Below, piece by piece: positions 54,432 to 61,620 of a stretch of DNA of 61,620 bases. This DNA is from a virus (Duplodnaviria; Caudoviricetes). The notes beneath the pieces are model-generated. The model searched no databases. It was given only the letters and a program-made list of their open reading frames with translations, and was not told where the DNA came from. Location of the stretch: the IMG/VR virus record IMGVR_UViG_3300028559_000041, positions 1 to 61,620 of that record; one strand, written 5' to 3'. Position 1 is the stretch's first letter, and every line of letters starts with the position of its first letter. The position numbers and the translations under genes are program-made.

Positions 54432-55871
54432 ATGGAACCAAATATCTTATTACTCACAGACTCTTACAAACCAACACACTGGAAACAACTTCCTAAAGGC
54501 GTAACGATTTTAAGATCTTATCTTGAAAGTCGTGGTGGTAAATTTGACAACACTCTATTTTATGGTCTTCAATATATCATAAAAGAGTATCTACAAGGTA
54601 AAGTAATTACTTTGAATAAAATCAATCGTGCTAAATTATTTTGGGACGCACATCTTGGACCAGGTCATTTTAATATGGATGGATGGTTACATATTTTAGA
54701 AAAACATAACGGACACTTACCAGTTATTATTAAAGCTGTTCCAGAGGGAACAGTTGTTCCAACAGGAAATGTTCTTTTGACTATTGAAAATACAGACCCA
54801 GAAGTTCCTTGGTTGACAAACTATCTTGAATCATTACTTTTACAAGTTTGGTATCCAATTACGGTTGGAACACTTTCAAGAGAAGTTAAAAAAGTTCTTG
54901 TCGATTATTTAGTAAAAACATCAGACCATGATGAAAATGGAATTCGTGGAATTGTGAGTTTTATGCTACACGATTTCGGATTCCGTGGAGCATCATCTGT
55001 TGAAAGTGCAGGTATTGGTGCATCTGCTCACCTTATTAACTTTAAAGGAACAGATACTGTTGAAGGTATTCTATTAGCACAAGAGTATTACAATACTTTA
55101 GATATGTTGGCATTTTCAATTCCAGCATCCGAACACTCAACTATTACATCTTGGAGTGAACCACTTGAGGTTAAGGCATTTGAAAATATGTTAGACCAGT
55201 TCCCTACTGGATTGGTAGCTTGTGTATCTGACTCATTTGATATTATCAGAGCTTGTAGAGACCATTGGGGAACTACTTTACGAGATAAAATCTTAAATCG
55301 TGACGGTCGTCTTGTAATTCGTCCTGATAGTGGTGACCCTGTTCAAACATTGAAACAAATCTTTCATATTCTTTGGGATAAATTTGGTGGAACTGTTAAT
55401 AAAAAAGGATTTAAAGTTATTGATCCACACGTCAGAGTAATTCAAGGTGATGGTGTAAACTATGACTCTATTATCGAGATTCTTGATATGATGGTTGAAG
55501 AAGGATTTGCAGCAGAGAATATTGCATTCGGTATGGGTGGTGCTCTTTTACAAAAAGTAGATAGAGATACTCAAAAATTCGCTATCAAATGTTCATCAAT
55601 TGTAATTAATGGTGAAGAAGTTGAGGTTCAAAAGAATCCAATTGAGATTAATGAAAAAGGCGAAAGAGTTAAATCATTTAAAAAGTCAAAAGCAGGTAGA
55701 TTGAAGTTAATTAATAATAATGGAGTATTTGAAACTATCCAACATTGTCAGGATTTTAGTGGTGATATTTTAGTACCTATTTTTGAAAATGGACATATTC
55801 TAAAAGAATGGACATTTGAAGAAGTTCGTGAAAGAGCCGAAGTAAAAATTAATGTTGAGGAATTAGTTTAA
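54432..55871 (+). CDS. nadV: nicotinamide phosphoribosyltransferase (NAMPT)
   Basis: LTDSYK..H, LHDFGFRG, GTDT, PASEHS, VSDSFD, IRPDSGDP, QGDG and FGMGGALLQ...RDT. Confidence 0.93.
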   Translation: MEPNILLLTDSYKPTHWKQLPKGVTILRSYLESRGGKFDNTLFYGLQYIIKEYLQGKVITLNKINRAKLFWDAHLGPGHFNMDGWLHILEKHNGHLPVIIKAVPEGTVVPTGNVLLTIENTDPEVPWLTNYLESLLLQVWYPITVGTLSREVKKVLVDYLVKTSDHDENGIRGIVSFMLHDFGFRGASSVESAGIGASAHLINFKGTDTVEGILLAQEYYNTLDMLAFSIPASEHSTITSWSEPLEVKAFENMLDQFPTGLVACVSDSFDIIRACRDHWGTTLRDKILNRDGRLVIRPDSGDPVQTLKQIFHILWDKFGGTVNKKGFKVIDPHVRVIQGDGVNYDSIIEILDMMVEEGFAAENIAFGMGGALLQKVDRDTQKFAIKCSSIVINGEEVEVQKNPIEINEKGERVKSFKKSKAGRLKLINNNGVFETIQHCQDFSGDILVPIFENGHILKEWTFEEVRERAEVKINVEELV

Positions 55872-56659
55872 TGAATAATTGTAGAACTCTATCTAAAGAA
55901 GAGGGTGAATATTGGTCAGATAAAATATTTTCTGCTCCTTATACAGTTCCTTCCGGCATTACACCAGGTGGGTATGGAAACGGTTATATTATAAGGGATA
56001 AATTTGGACTTCCCGAAATTTATAATCCTAATTCTATTAGTAGAAAAAATATAAATTATAGATTTGCTTTTTCAATCTCAAAAAATAATATTCAAAGATT
56101 TGAAAACCTTTTAAATCAATTCTTAAAAGATGGATGTAATCACACTTTATATGAAAGTGGAAATAAAGAATATTATCAAAACTTTGAATTTAATGATCTA
56201 AATATACTAAGAGAAATTGAGGTAAGAGAGGAACATCAAACATATGGAGTTGACTTTGTTAAATTTACTTATGAATTTAAAGGTTCTCCAGCATTGGCTA
56301 CAATATTCTTCATACAAACAGTAAAAGATGTAATTAATATAATTGGTGAATATTGGGGATTTGATAAAGATGGAGGGGAAGTTTGCTCTATAAAATATCC
56401 AGTTGGCTCAATAGTATCAACTAAAGATAAAAAATTGGATTTCTTTATAGAGTCAATAATATTTGTTAGAGAAAATACACTTAAATTTAAAGAATTGAAG
56501 TTAAAATATGGTTTCAAAGAAGAATTATTGTTATATAATTTACTTGAAATTGTGAAAAATAACAATTCACAAGTTTTGGAATTTTCAGATGTTCTTACAA
56601 CATCATCAGATTTTATAATTCCAAATAGAGGTCAAAGATTAGATGAACTTTTAGGATAA
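55871..56659 (+). CDS. hypothetical protein (C-terminal R..RLDELLG)
   Basis: 262-aa ORF, TAATG-coupled to NAMPT. Confidence 0.65.
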   Translation: MNNCRTLSKEEGEYWSDKIFSAPYTVPSGITPGGYGNGYIIRDKFGLPEIYNPNSISRKNINYRFAFSISKNNIQRFENLLNQFLKDGCNHTLYESGNKEYYQNFEFNDLNILREIEVREEHQTYGVDFVKFTYEFKGSPALATIFFIQTVKDVINIIGEYWGFDKDGGEVCSIKYPVGSIVSTKDKKLDFFIESIIFVRENTLKFKELKLKYGFKEELLLYNLLEIVKNNNSQVLEFSDVLTTSSDFIIPNRGQRLDELLG

Positions 56660-56684
56660 AAAAAGACCCGTAAGGGTCTTTTTT
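56658..56684. terminator. bidirectional terminator
   Basis: A7-GACCC-GTAA-GGGTC-T6. Confidence 0.8.
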
Positions 56685-56685
56685 A

Positions 56686-56961
56686 TTACATTTCATCATT
56701 ATCCAAACCAATTGCATAATTCAATTCGTCAAGAACAGCATCAAGAGTAGTATCTACATCATCCTCAGTATAGAAAATTCCATCCCAATATCCAGTAAGT
56801 TGAGGAACATCCTCACGAGCAACAGTACTGTTATAAGTATCCATAATATCTTCAGGTGAAGCAAATTCTCCAAGTTCCATTCTAATTCCTGAATAGACTT
56901 CCGGTATATGGATTTTATCAGAGTTGTCTAAATTTTCATTAAATCTTTTTAAGTATTTCAT
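56686..56961 (-). CDS. acidic protein, tagged N-terminus (MKYLKRFNEN)
   Basis: 91-aa ORF. Confidence 0.7.
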   Translation of the reverse strand: MKYLKRFNENLDNSDKIHIPEVYSGIRMELGEFASPEDIMDTYNSTVAREDVPQLTGYWDGIFYTEDDVDTTLDAVLDELNYAIGLDNDEM

Positions 56962-56997
56962 ATTATTTATTTGTTTTTATTTCTTCATTGGTTGATT

Positions 56998-57585
56998 TTA
57001 CTTCTTTAAATCATCAACTGCCTTTAAGAAAGACTTTAAACTCTTTGTGAGTTCATCTAAAGTTTTAAACTTAGATATCTTACCAGTAAACATATTAACA
57101 ATATCTTTAGGATTTCTGAAAAGATCGTTCGAGAGATACTTGAATGTCTCTTTAGTTTCATCATCAGACTCATTATATAAATCTTTTAATGGTCTTACTA
57201 ACCCATTATAGAGTTTTGGTCTACCATCCTTACTTTCAAAAATGAAACTTTCGGAACTATTAAAAGATGGTGCTATTGCTTTGATGAAGTTTTCATAATC
57301 ATCAAATTTGTATGGCTTTTGAATTGGTGGTGTTGGTTTATAACCTGCTTTAACAGCTGCGTCCAAAACCTGTTCTTCTTTCTCATGAGTTTTTTTACTT
57401 CCAGTAAATGGAAAATTACTACGATCTCCAGTTAAACTCATCATTGAATTTTCGTGATCAACCATTTCTTTTCCCCATAATTCACCACAATCTTGAACCA
57501 TCTTCAAAAGATTTTCGTCTGGTGTAAATATATACGTTTGTGATTCAGTGTTCTCAAACATTTTGAATTTTTTTAAATGTTTCAT
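56998..57585 (-). CDS. hypothetical protein, tagged N-terminus (MKHLKKFKMFEN)
   Basis: 195-aa ORF; TTAATATATAAA upstream. Confidence 0.7.
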   Translation of the reverse strand: MKHLKKFKMFENTESQTYIFTPDENLLKMVQDCGELWGKEMVDHENSMMSLTGDRSNFPFTGSKKTHEKEEQVLDAAVKAGYKPTPPIQKPYKFDDYENFIKAIAPSFNSSESFIFESKDGRPKLYNGLVRPLKDLYNESDDETKETFKYLSNDLFRNPKDIVNMFTGKISKFKTLDELTKSLKSFLKAVDDLKK

Positions 57586-57617
57586 AATTTAGAATTATTT
57601 TTATTTATATATTAATT

Positions 57618-58331
57618 TTATTTACTAGATAATCTAATGGTTTCTCCAGTTGATAATTTTTGATATTCGTAACCAATAAACTTCTCTCCTTTTTCCAACA
57701 TTTGAATGCAATAGTGCATCGTTGCCTTATCACCACCTCTAGAATCCTGAACTAATTTACCAGCTAAATCAATTGATTTGTTGGCAAGTGTAACCGCGTC
57801 TTGACCAAATGAATTGATATCATTTGGGTTAATAACACCACCGGCATCACGAAGTTTTATTAAGTAAGCAGTTGTTTTAGCAACATCCAATTCACTGACA
57901 TTACTTAATCCACCATGTTCTTTCATATCATTAATTAAACCAATTGCTAAATTGATATATTCAGTTTCGATAGGTTTTCCAGTTGTGGCTGCATAAGCAG
58001 CACTGCCAGAAATTATTAAAATTAAGATCACTAAAATCGTGATAACTAATACTTTAAACAACACTGGATTTTTTTCTTTAAAACTCCTTATCTTGTTTAT
58101 TATCCAAGAAAAAATCGATTTAACTTTTTGCAATATTTTAAAACCAATTATTACAGATTGAGTCAAAATAGTCCAAAATACATCAACTACTTTTTGTTTA
58201 ATCCATTTTAAAAAATCAAATAAATCTTCATTTAATGAGTCTAAATAATTAAATAAAGTTTCTTTCGAGATTTTATCTTGTAAGAACAATTCAACTGGAT
58301 TGTAGTTATTAAAGGATTCAAGGTGTTTCAT
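57618..58331 (-). CDS. membrane protein, tagged N-terminus (MKHLESFNNY)
   Basis: TM helix VLVITILVILILIISG. Confidence 0.7.
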   Translation of the reverse strand: MKHLESFNNYNPVELFLQDKISKETLFNYLDSLNEDLFDFLKWIKQKVVDVFWTILTQSVIIGFKILQKVKSIFSWIINKIRSFKEKNPVLFKVLVITILVILILIISGSAAYAATTGKPIETEYINLAIGLINDMKEHGGLSNVSELDVAKTTAYLIKLRDAGGVINPNDINSFGQDAVTLANKSIDLAGKLVQDSRGGDKATMHYCIQMLEKGEKFIGYEYQKLSTGETIRLSSK

Positions 58332-58621
58332 TTAGCATAATTCGGTGTTCTTCCACTGCCTTTTGAACCTTCTTTTTCAACTTTTCTTTTTCTAGCAACA
58401 GATGCCTTTTTTTGTTTTTTAGTCATTCTAGCAGCTACTCTAACCTTTCTACATTTAGGATATCCACCCTTACTAGTATCAGATCTTCCGCATGGTGGAT
58501 GTGATCCATCAGGATTAGTTTTTGATATATCTACCCACTTTTCCTTGAACCATTTGTCCAAGCCGCCTTTGGTTTTCTTTTCTTCTAATATAAAATCCTC
58601 AAAAAGTAATATATGTTCCAT
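58328..58621 (-). CDS. small basic protein (GL.KWFKEKWVD...PCGR...YPKCR), tagged N-terminus
   Basis: Conserved-looking Trp/Cys motifs; starts MEHILLFEDFILEE. Confidence 0.7.
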   Translation of the reverse strand: MEHILLFEDFILEEKKTKGGLDKWFKEKWVDISKTNPDGSHPPCGRSDTSKGGYPKCRKVRVAARMTKKQKKASVARKRKVEKEGSKGSGRTPNYAK

Positions 58622-58986
58622 TATTTCTTACTTGATTTTTTCTTTTTCCATTTACCACCTTTAGACTTATATCTCTTAGCAGCTGCTCCACAGGCATAAG
58701 CGGAAGGCCAAACATCATATTTCGATTTCGCCCAAGCCTTACAGGCATTCCACAGTTTGGAATTTGTCGCAACATTTTTTTCATTTATAATCGATTCTAG
58801 AATATCATCATCGTAGTTGTCATCATCGTAGTTGTCATCATCATCTGGATAATTACACTCTGGGCAACAATCACAATCTTTCTCACCAATACACTCAGGA
58901 CAACATCCACATCCTTTATATTCTGGAAAGAAAATAAAATCGTTTTCTTCTTCGTCAAAATTTTCAAATAGTTTTAAATACTTCAT
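58621..58986 (-). CDS. small protein (Cys cluster, acidic linker, K.KYDVWPSAYA..Y...GG domain), tagged N-terminus
   Basis: Starts MKYLKLFENF; contains GCGCCPEC...CDCCPEC and a DDDNY repeat. Confidence 0.7.
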   Translation of the reverse strand: MKYLKLFENFDEEENDFIFFPEYKGCGCCPECIGEKDCDCCPECNYPDDDDNYDDDNYDDDILESIINEKNVATNSKLWNACKAWAKSKYDVWPSAYACGAAAKRYKSKGGKWKKKKSSKK

Positions 58987-58990
58987 ATAT

Positions 58991-59353
58991 TTAATTCTTT
59001 TTATAATTATTTAATTTATTTAAAAGTCGTTCAGATTCACTTGTACTATTCCCAACCTTACTAAAAATATCATTAATTACTTCTGTTGGGTCTTCACCCT
59101 CAACAATTCTATGCATCATTTCCTTATAAAGAGGATCTTTTTTATCAATTAACTCTTGTAATTCGATTTTTAAAGCATTAAATGCTGTCCAATATCTAGC
59201 TTCAGAGTCAGATGATAGTCCTGAAACAACAATTTTTGAAAATTGTTTTTCTAGTCTAGTATCTTTACCAAAAATCTCTTCAGCTCTTGATAATGGTTCA
59301 TCATCAGAATCAGAATCATCATTAAATTTTTCAAATAGTTTTAAATACTTCAT
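58991..59353 (-). CDS. hypothetical protein, tagged N-terminus (MKYLKLFEKFND)
   Basis: The first eight residues are identical to the next gene; CTTAATATATAA upstream. Confidence 0.7.
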   Translation of the reverse strand: MKYLKLFEKFNDDSDSDDEPLSRAEEIFGKDTRLEKQFSKIVVSGLSSDSEARYWTAFNALKIELQELIDKKDPLYKEMMHRIVEGEDPTEVINDIFSKVGNSTSESERLLNKLNNYKKN

Positions 59354-59405
59354 AAACAAACTAAATTTTCTTTATATATTAAGTAAATAAAATCATTATT
59401 AAATA

Positions 59406-60182
59406 ATGTCAAAATTAACTATACTATTAAAACCTAATAAATTTGATGACTTTTTAACAAAATTGGAAGATTTAGCTAAAATAAGTGACACGATTAAACT
59501 AAAAATAGATTCAGAAAATATATTAATGTATTCTATTGTTGGAGAAACAATACTTTTGGCATTTAAAAGTTATTTAGTGGATACCAAAGATTATTTTGAG
59601 ATGAAAGAAGATTTGGAAAATACAATAGATATGATAATATCTGGAGCTAAAAAATTTGTCAAAAATCTTAGTTTTATTAAATCATCAGAAAAAATTACAA
59701 TGAATATCGATTATCGAACTACTGATGATGATATATCACTAGTAAGATTTAGTCAAATTAAAAATGGTAAATTAAAAATTGGTCTCCAAGGAGGAGAATC
59801 ATCAGAAATTCGAGATATTAATAAATCTACTTTATCTAAAAGAGTTGATATTAAAAATAGTAAATGGTCTTTTAAAATTGATAAATCAGAATTTCAAGAT
59901 ATTAAAAAATTATCATCAATTAATTCAGATGGTAAAGTAATAAATTTAAATATAGACGATAAAAAAGTTGTCTTATCTGAATCATCTACTTGGGAATTCC
60001 AAGTAGATGAAGTTGATCTAACAGATAGACATTTAATGTTTAATAAAACATTTTTACCATCTATAAATGAAAATAGTGATAAAATTCAATTTTATGTATT
60101 TGATACTTTTATATTAACAAAAGATGAAACAAGTCACTTAATGATTTCATTTGAACAGGATTTTACAAATGATGATGATTAA
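59406..60182 (+). CDS. sliding clamp-like protein (gp45/PCNA fold)
   Basis: 258 aa with a two-fold beta-alpha-beta pattern (LEDLAKISDTIKLKID / IKKLSSINSDGKVINLNID); lies close to the polymerase gene. Confidence 0.5.
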   Translation: MSKLTILLKPNKFDDFLTKLEDLAKISDTIKLKIDSENILMYSIVGETILLAFKSYLVDTKDYFEMKEDLENTIDMIISGAKKFVKNLSFIKSSEKITMNIDYRTTDDDISLVRFSQIKNGKLKIGLQGGESSEIRDINKSTLSKRVDIKNSKWSFKIDKSEFQDIKKLSSINSDGKVINLNIDDKKVVLSESSTWEFQVDEVDLTDRHLMFNKTFLPSINENSDKIQFYVFDTFILTKDETSHLMISFEQDFTNDDD

Positions 60183-61328
60183 TTAAAATATTTTTATAAA
60201 TTCCTCTTCAATTAAACTACCCTTTATGGAGTTCAAATATCTTTTAGTTATGCATAAATTATCAATATCTCCTATTATTTCCGGATCTATGTTATTATTA
60301 AATCCATAAAAAACACTAATCTTGTGGTCTATACAAGGATAAAACCTATGAGTATGTGAGTAGGCAAGATAGGTTTTTATAACCTCATCATCATAATAAT
60401 CATTACCGTTCCAATTTTCATAGAGAGTTTTCTTATTCTTGTTTGTTATTTTCCTAACTTTCCTTTTATATATTTTCCAATCAGGTAATAATGAATCAGG
60501 TATAATTTGATTATTCTCTATCTTAGTTTTAATTATCCTATCATATATTTCAGAGACTTGCGAAACATTTTCAAATCCATATTTTTCTAAACAAGTATCC
60601 TTTTTCTTCTTTTCAATTTCATCTATCTTATTAATAAAGTTAATTCTCCAATCTTCAGTTTTAAAAATAGAATCAACTCCGTATTTTTTTAAAAATGAAG
60701 ATTTCATTTTACTAATAATCATTTCTTTATTCTCTTGAATTTTATTTTTAAAATACTCAGTTTTTGAGTATGAATCAAATCCCCAGTTTTTTATTAACGT
60801 CAATTTGGATTTATTTTTAAATTCATCAGAAGACATCCATATCCTATTTGAATCTATAATTTCTGGTCTCATTAATGGATTTGTAAATCCATACTTTTCC
60901 AAGCAAGTTTGTTTAGTTTTTTCTCTAAAATCCTTTAACATATTTGGATTTTTAACTCCATATTTTTCTAAGCAAGTTTTATTATATTTTTCCTTAAAGT
61001 CATCAGTTTCAGAAAACGATTTAACACCAAATAATTTTAGATTAGTCATTTCTTTCTTTTTATTTTTACAACCAAAACATGAATAAAAATTATAACCTCC
61101 TCTTTCAAAGTTTTTCCAATACTTTGAAAGTGTAATGTAATTTTCACAATTACACAAGTCACAAATAGCAGTTATTCTAACCTTAGAATTTTTTGGAATG
61201 TCTTTAATTAGTACTTCTAATATTTTTTTATCGGAAAAACCACCAATATGTATATCATATCCCAATAACTTATAGTGTGATATGTTTCTTGAATTTACGG
61301 AGACTAAAACATTTTTTTCTTTTATCAT
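60183..61328 (-). CDS. homing-endonuclease-like protein with TCLEKYG repeats and C-terminal HNH-like motif
   Basis: CDLC/CFGC, several KYG repeats, IDHKISV..GF....I..IDNLCIT...NS.K. Confidence 0.7.
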   Translation of the reverse strand: MIKEKNVLVSVNSRNISHYKLLGYDIHIGGFSDKKILEVLIKDIPKNSKVRITAICDLCNCENYITLSKYWKNFERGGYNFYSCFGCKNKKKEMTNLKLFGVKSFSETDDFKEKYNKTCLEKYGVKNPNMLKDFREKTKQTCLEKYGFTNPLMRPEIIDSNRIWMSSDEFKNKSKLTLIKNWGFDSYSKTEYFKNKIQENKEMIISKMKSSFLKKYGVDSIFKTEDWRINFINKIDEIEKKKKDTCLEKYGFENVSQVSEIYDRIIKTKIENNQIIPDSLLPDWKIYKRKVRKITNKNKKTLYENWNGNDYYDDEVIKTYLAYSHTHRFYPCIDHKISVFYGFNNNIDPEIIGDIDNLCITKRYLNSIKGSLIEEEFIKIF

Positions 61329-61405
61329 ATAAAAACTAATTAATTTTATTATATATAAAATAACATATATACCTTTTAGGATATATTTAAAAAATAATTA
61401 AAAAA

Positions 61406-61620
61406 TTGACTAAACAAGAAAAATTAAATAAAATCGAGTTATTAAAAAATAAAGCCAGCGAGTTGAAAAGGGAAAGTGATTACTACAATGCCTTACAGCT
61501 CGCTCTTTTTTAACCCCCTCAAATTTATTTGAGGGGGTATTGACTAAAACTTATATTGAACGGATCTTATGGTGCATTTGCGACGCAATACTTCATACTT
61601 TTCAACCAACACGTTGCTGG
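61406..61620 (+). CDS. family B DNA polymerase, C-terminal piece (motif B onward); interrupted by a 39-nt insert and truncated by the window end
   Basis: TTG start. Reads TKQEKLNKIELLKNKASELKRESDYYNALQLAL, then in the same frame KLILNGSYGAFATQYFILFNQHVA, the PolB motif B pattern (Q...KxxxN(S/G)xYG). Confidence 0.75.
61505..61546 (+). other. 39-nt in-frame hairpin insert with TAA and TGA inside PolB motif B
   Basis: CTT TTT TAA CCC CCT CAA ATT TAT TTG AGG GGG TAT TGA CTA; stem ACCCCCTCAAA/TTTGAGGGGGT. Confidence 0.8.

Noticed and set aside
61505-61546. Stop-codon reassignment or readthrough as the explanation for the polymerase stops
   Set aside because: Both TAA and TGA are in frame, both end ordinary genes in this window, and readthrough would add 13 residues inside the motif B helix.
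61505-61546. Group I/II intron or intrinsic terminator
   Set aside because: Far too short for a ribozyme core, no register that restores the motif ends in the terminal G of group I introns, and no U tract follows the stem on either strand.
1-61620. tRNA, rRNA, integrase or transposase genes
   Set aside because: Intergenic gaps are short and AT-rich, and no cloverleaf or recombinase motifs were recognised by eye. A tRNAscan/Infernal run would be needed to exclude small RNAs formally.

Overview
This is an AT-rich, densely coding 61.6-kb segment of a large T4-related (jumbo-type) myovirus. Recognisable core genes lie scattered on both strands: tail tube, a very large tail sheath, baseplate hub-like proteins, terminase large subunit, a tape-measure-like giant protein, gp47/Mre11 nuclease, UvsX, a UvsY-like protein, a sliding-clamp-like protein and the start of a family B DNA polymerase piece. 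Accessory genes include NAMPT, NadM-Nudix, a PLP aminotransferase, PPK2, ClpS, an M15 endolysin, an FkbM methyltransferase, HAD and metallophosphoesterase enzymes, and about eight free-standing homing-endonuclease-like genes. TTTG-N17-19-TAnnTTTG promoters and the absence of Shine-Dalgarno sequences point to a Bacteroidota host (inference). The main unexplained signals are: (1) a 39-nt in-frame insert with two stop codons and a near-complete hairpin inside polymerase motif B (QLAL|KLILNGSYG), a candidate translational bypass or mini-excision element; (2) about 20 unrelated proteins sharing an N-terminal MK(H/Y)(L/I)KxF(E/NE) tag like the T4 capsid-targeting sequence, mostly behind a WWTATATA putative late promoter, which suggests a large injected cargo set including enzymes; (3) an HNH endonuclease inserted into a cupin gene while carrying a replacement cupin at its C-terminus; (4) an unannotated small lipoprotein with five Bacteroidota O-glycosylation sequons. 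All product calls come from motif recognition by eye; no database searches were run.
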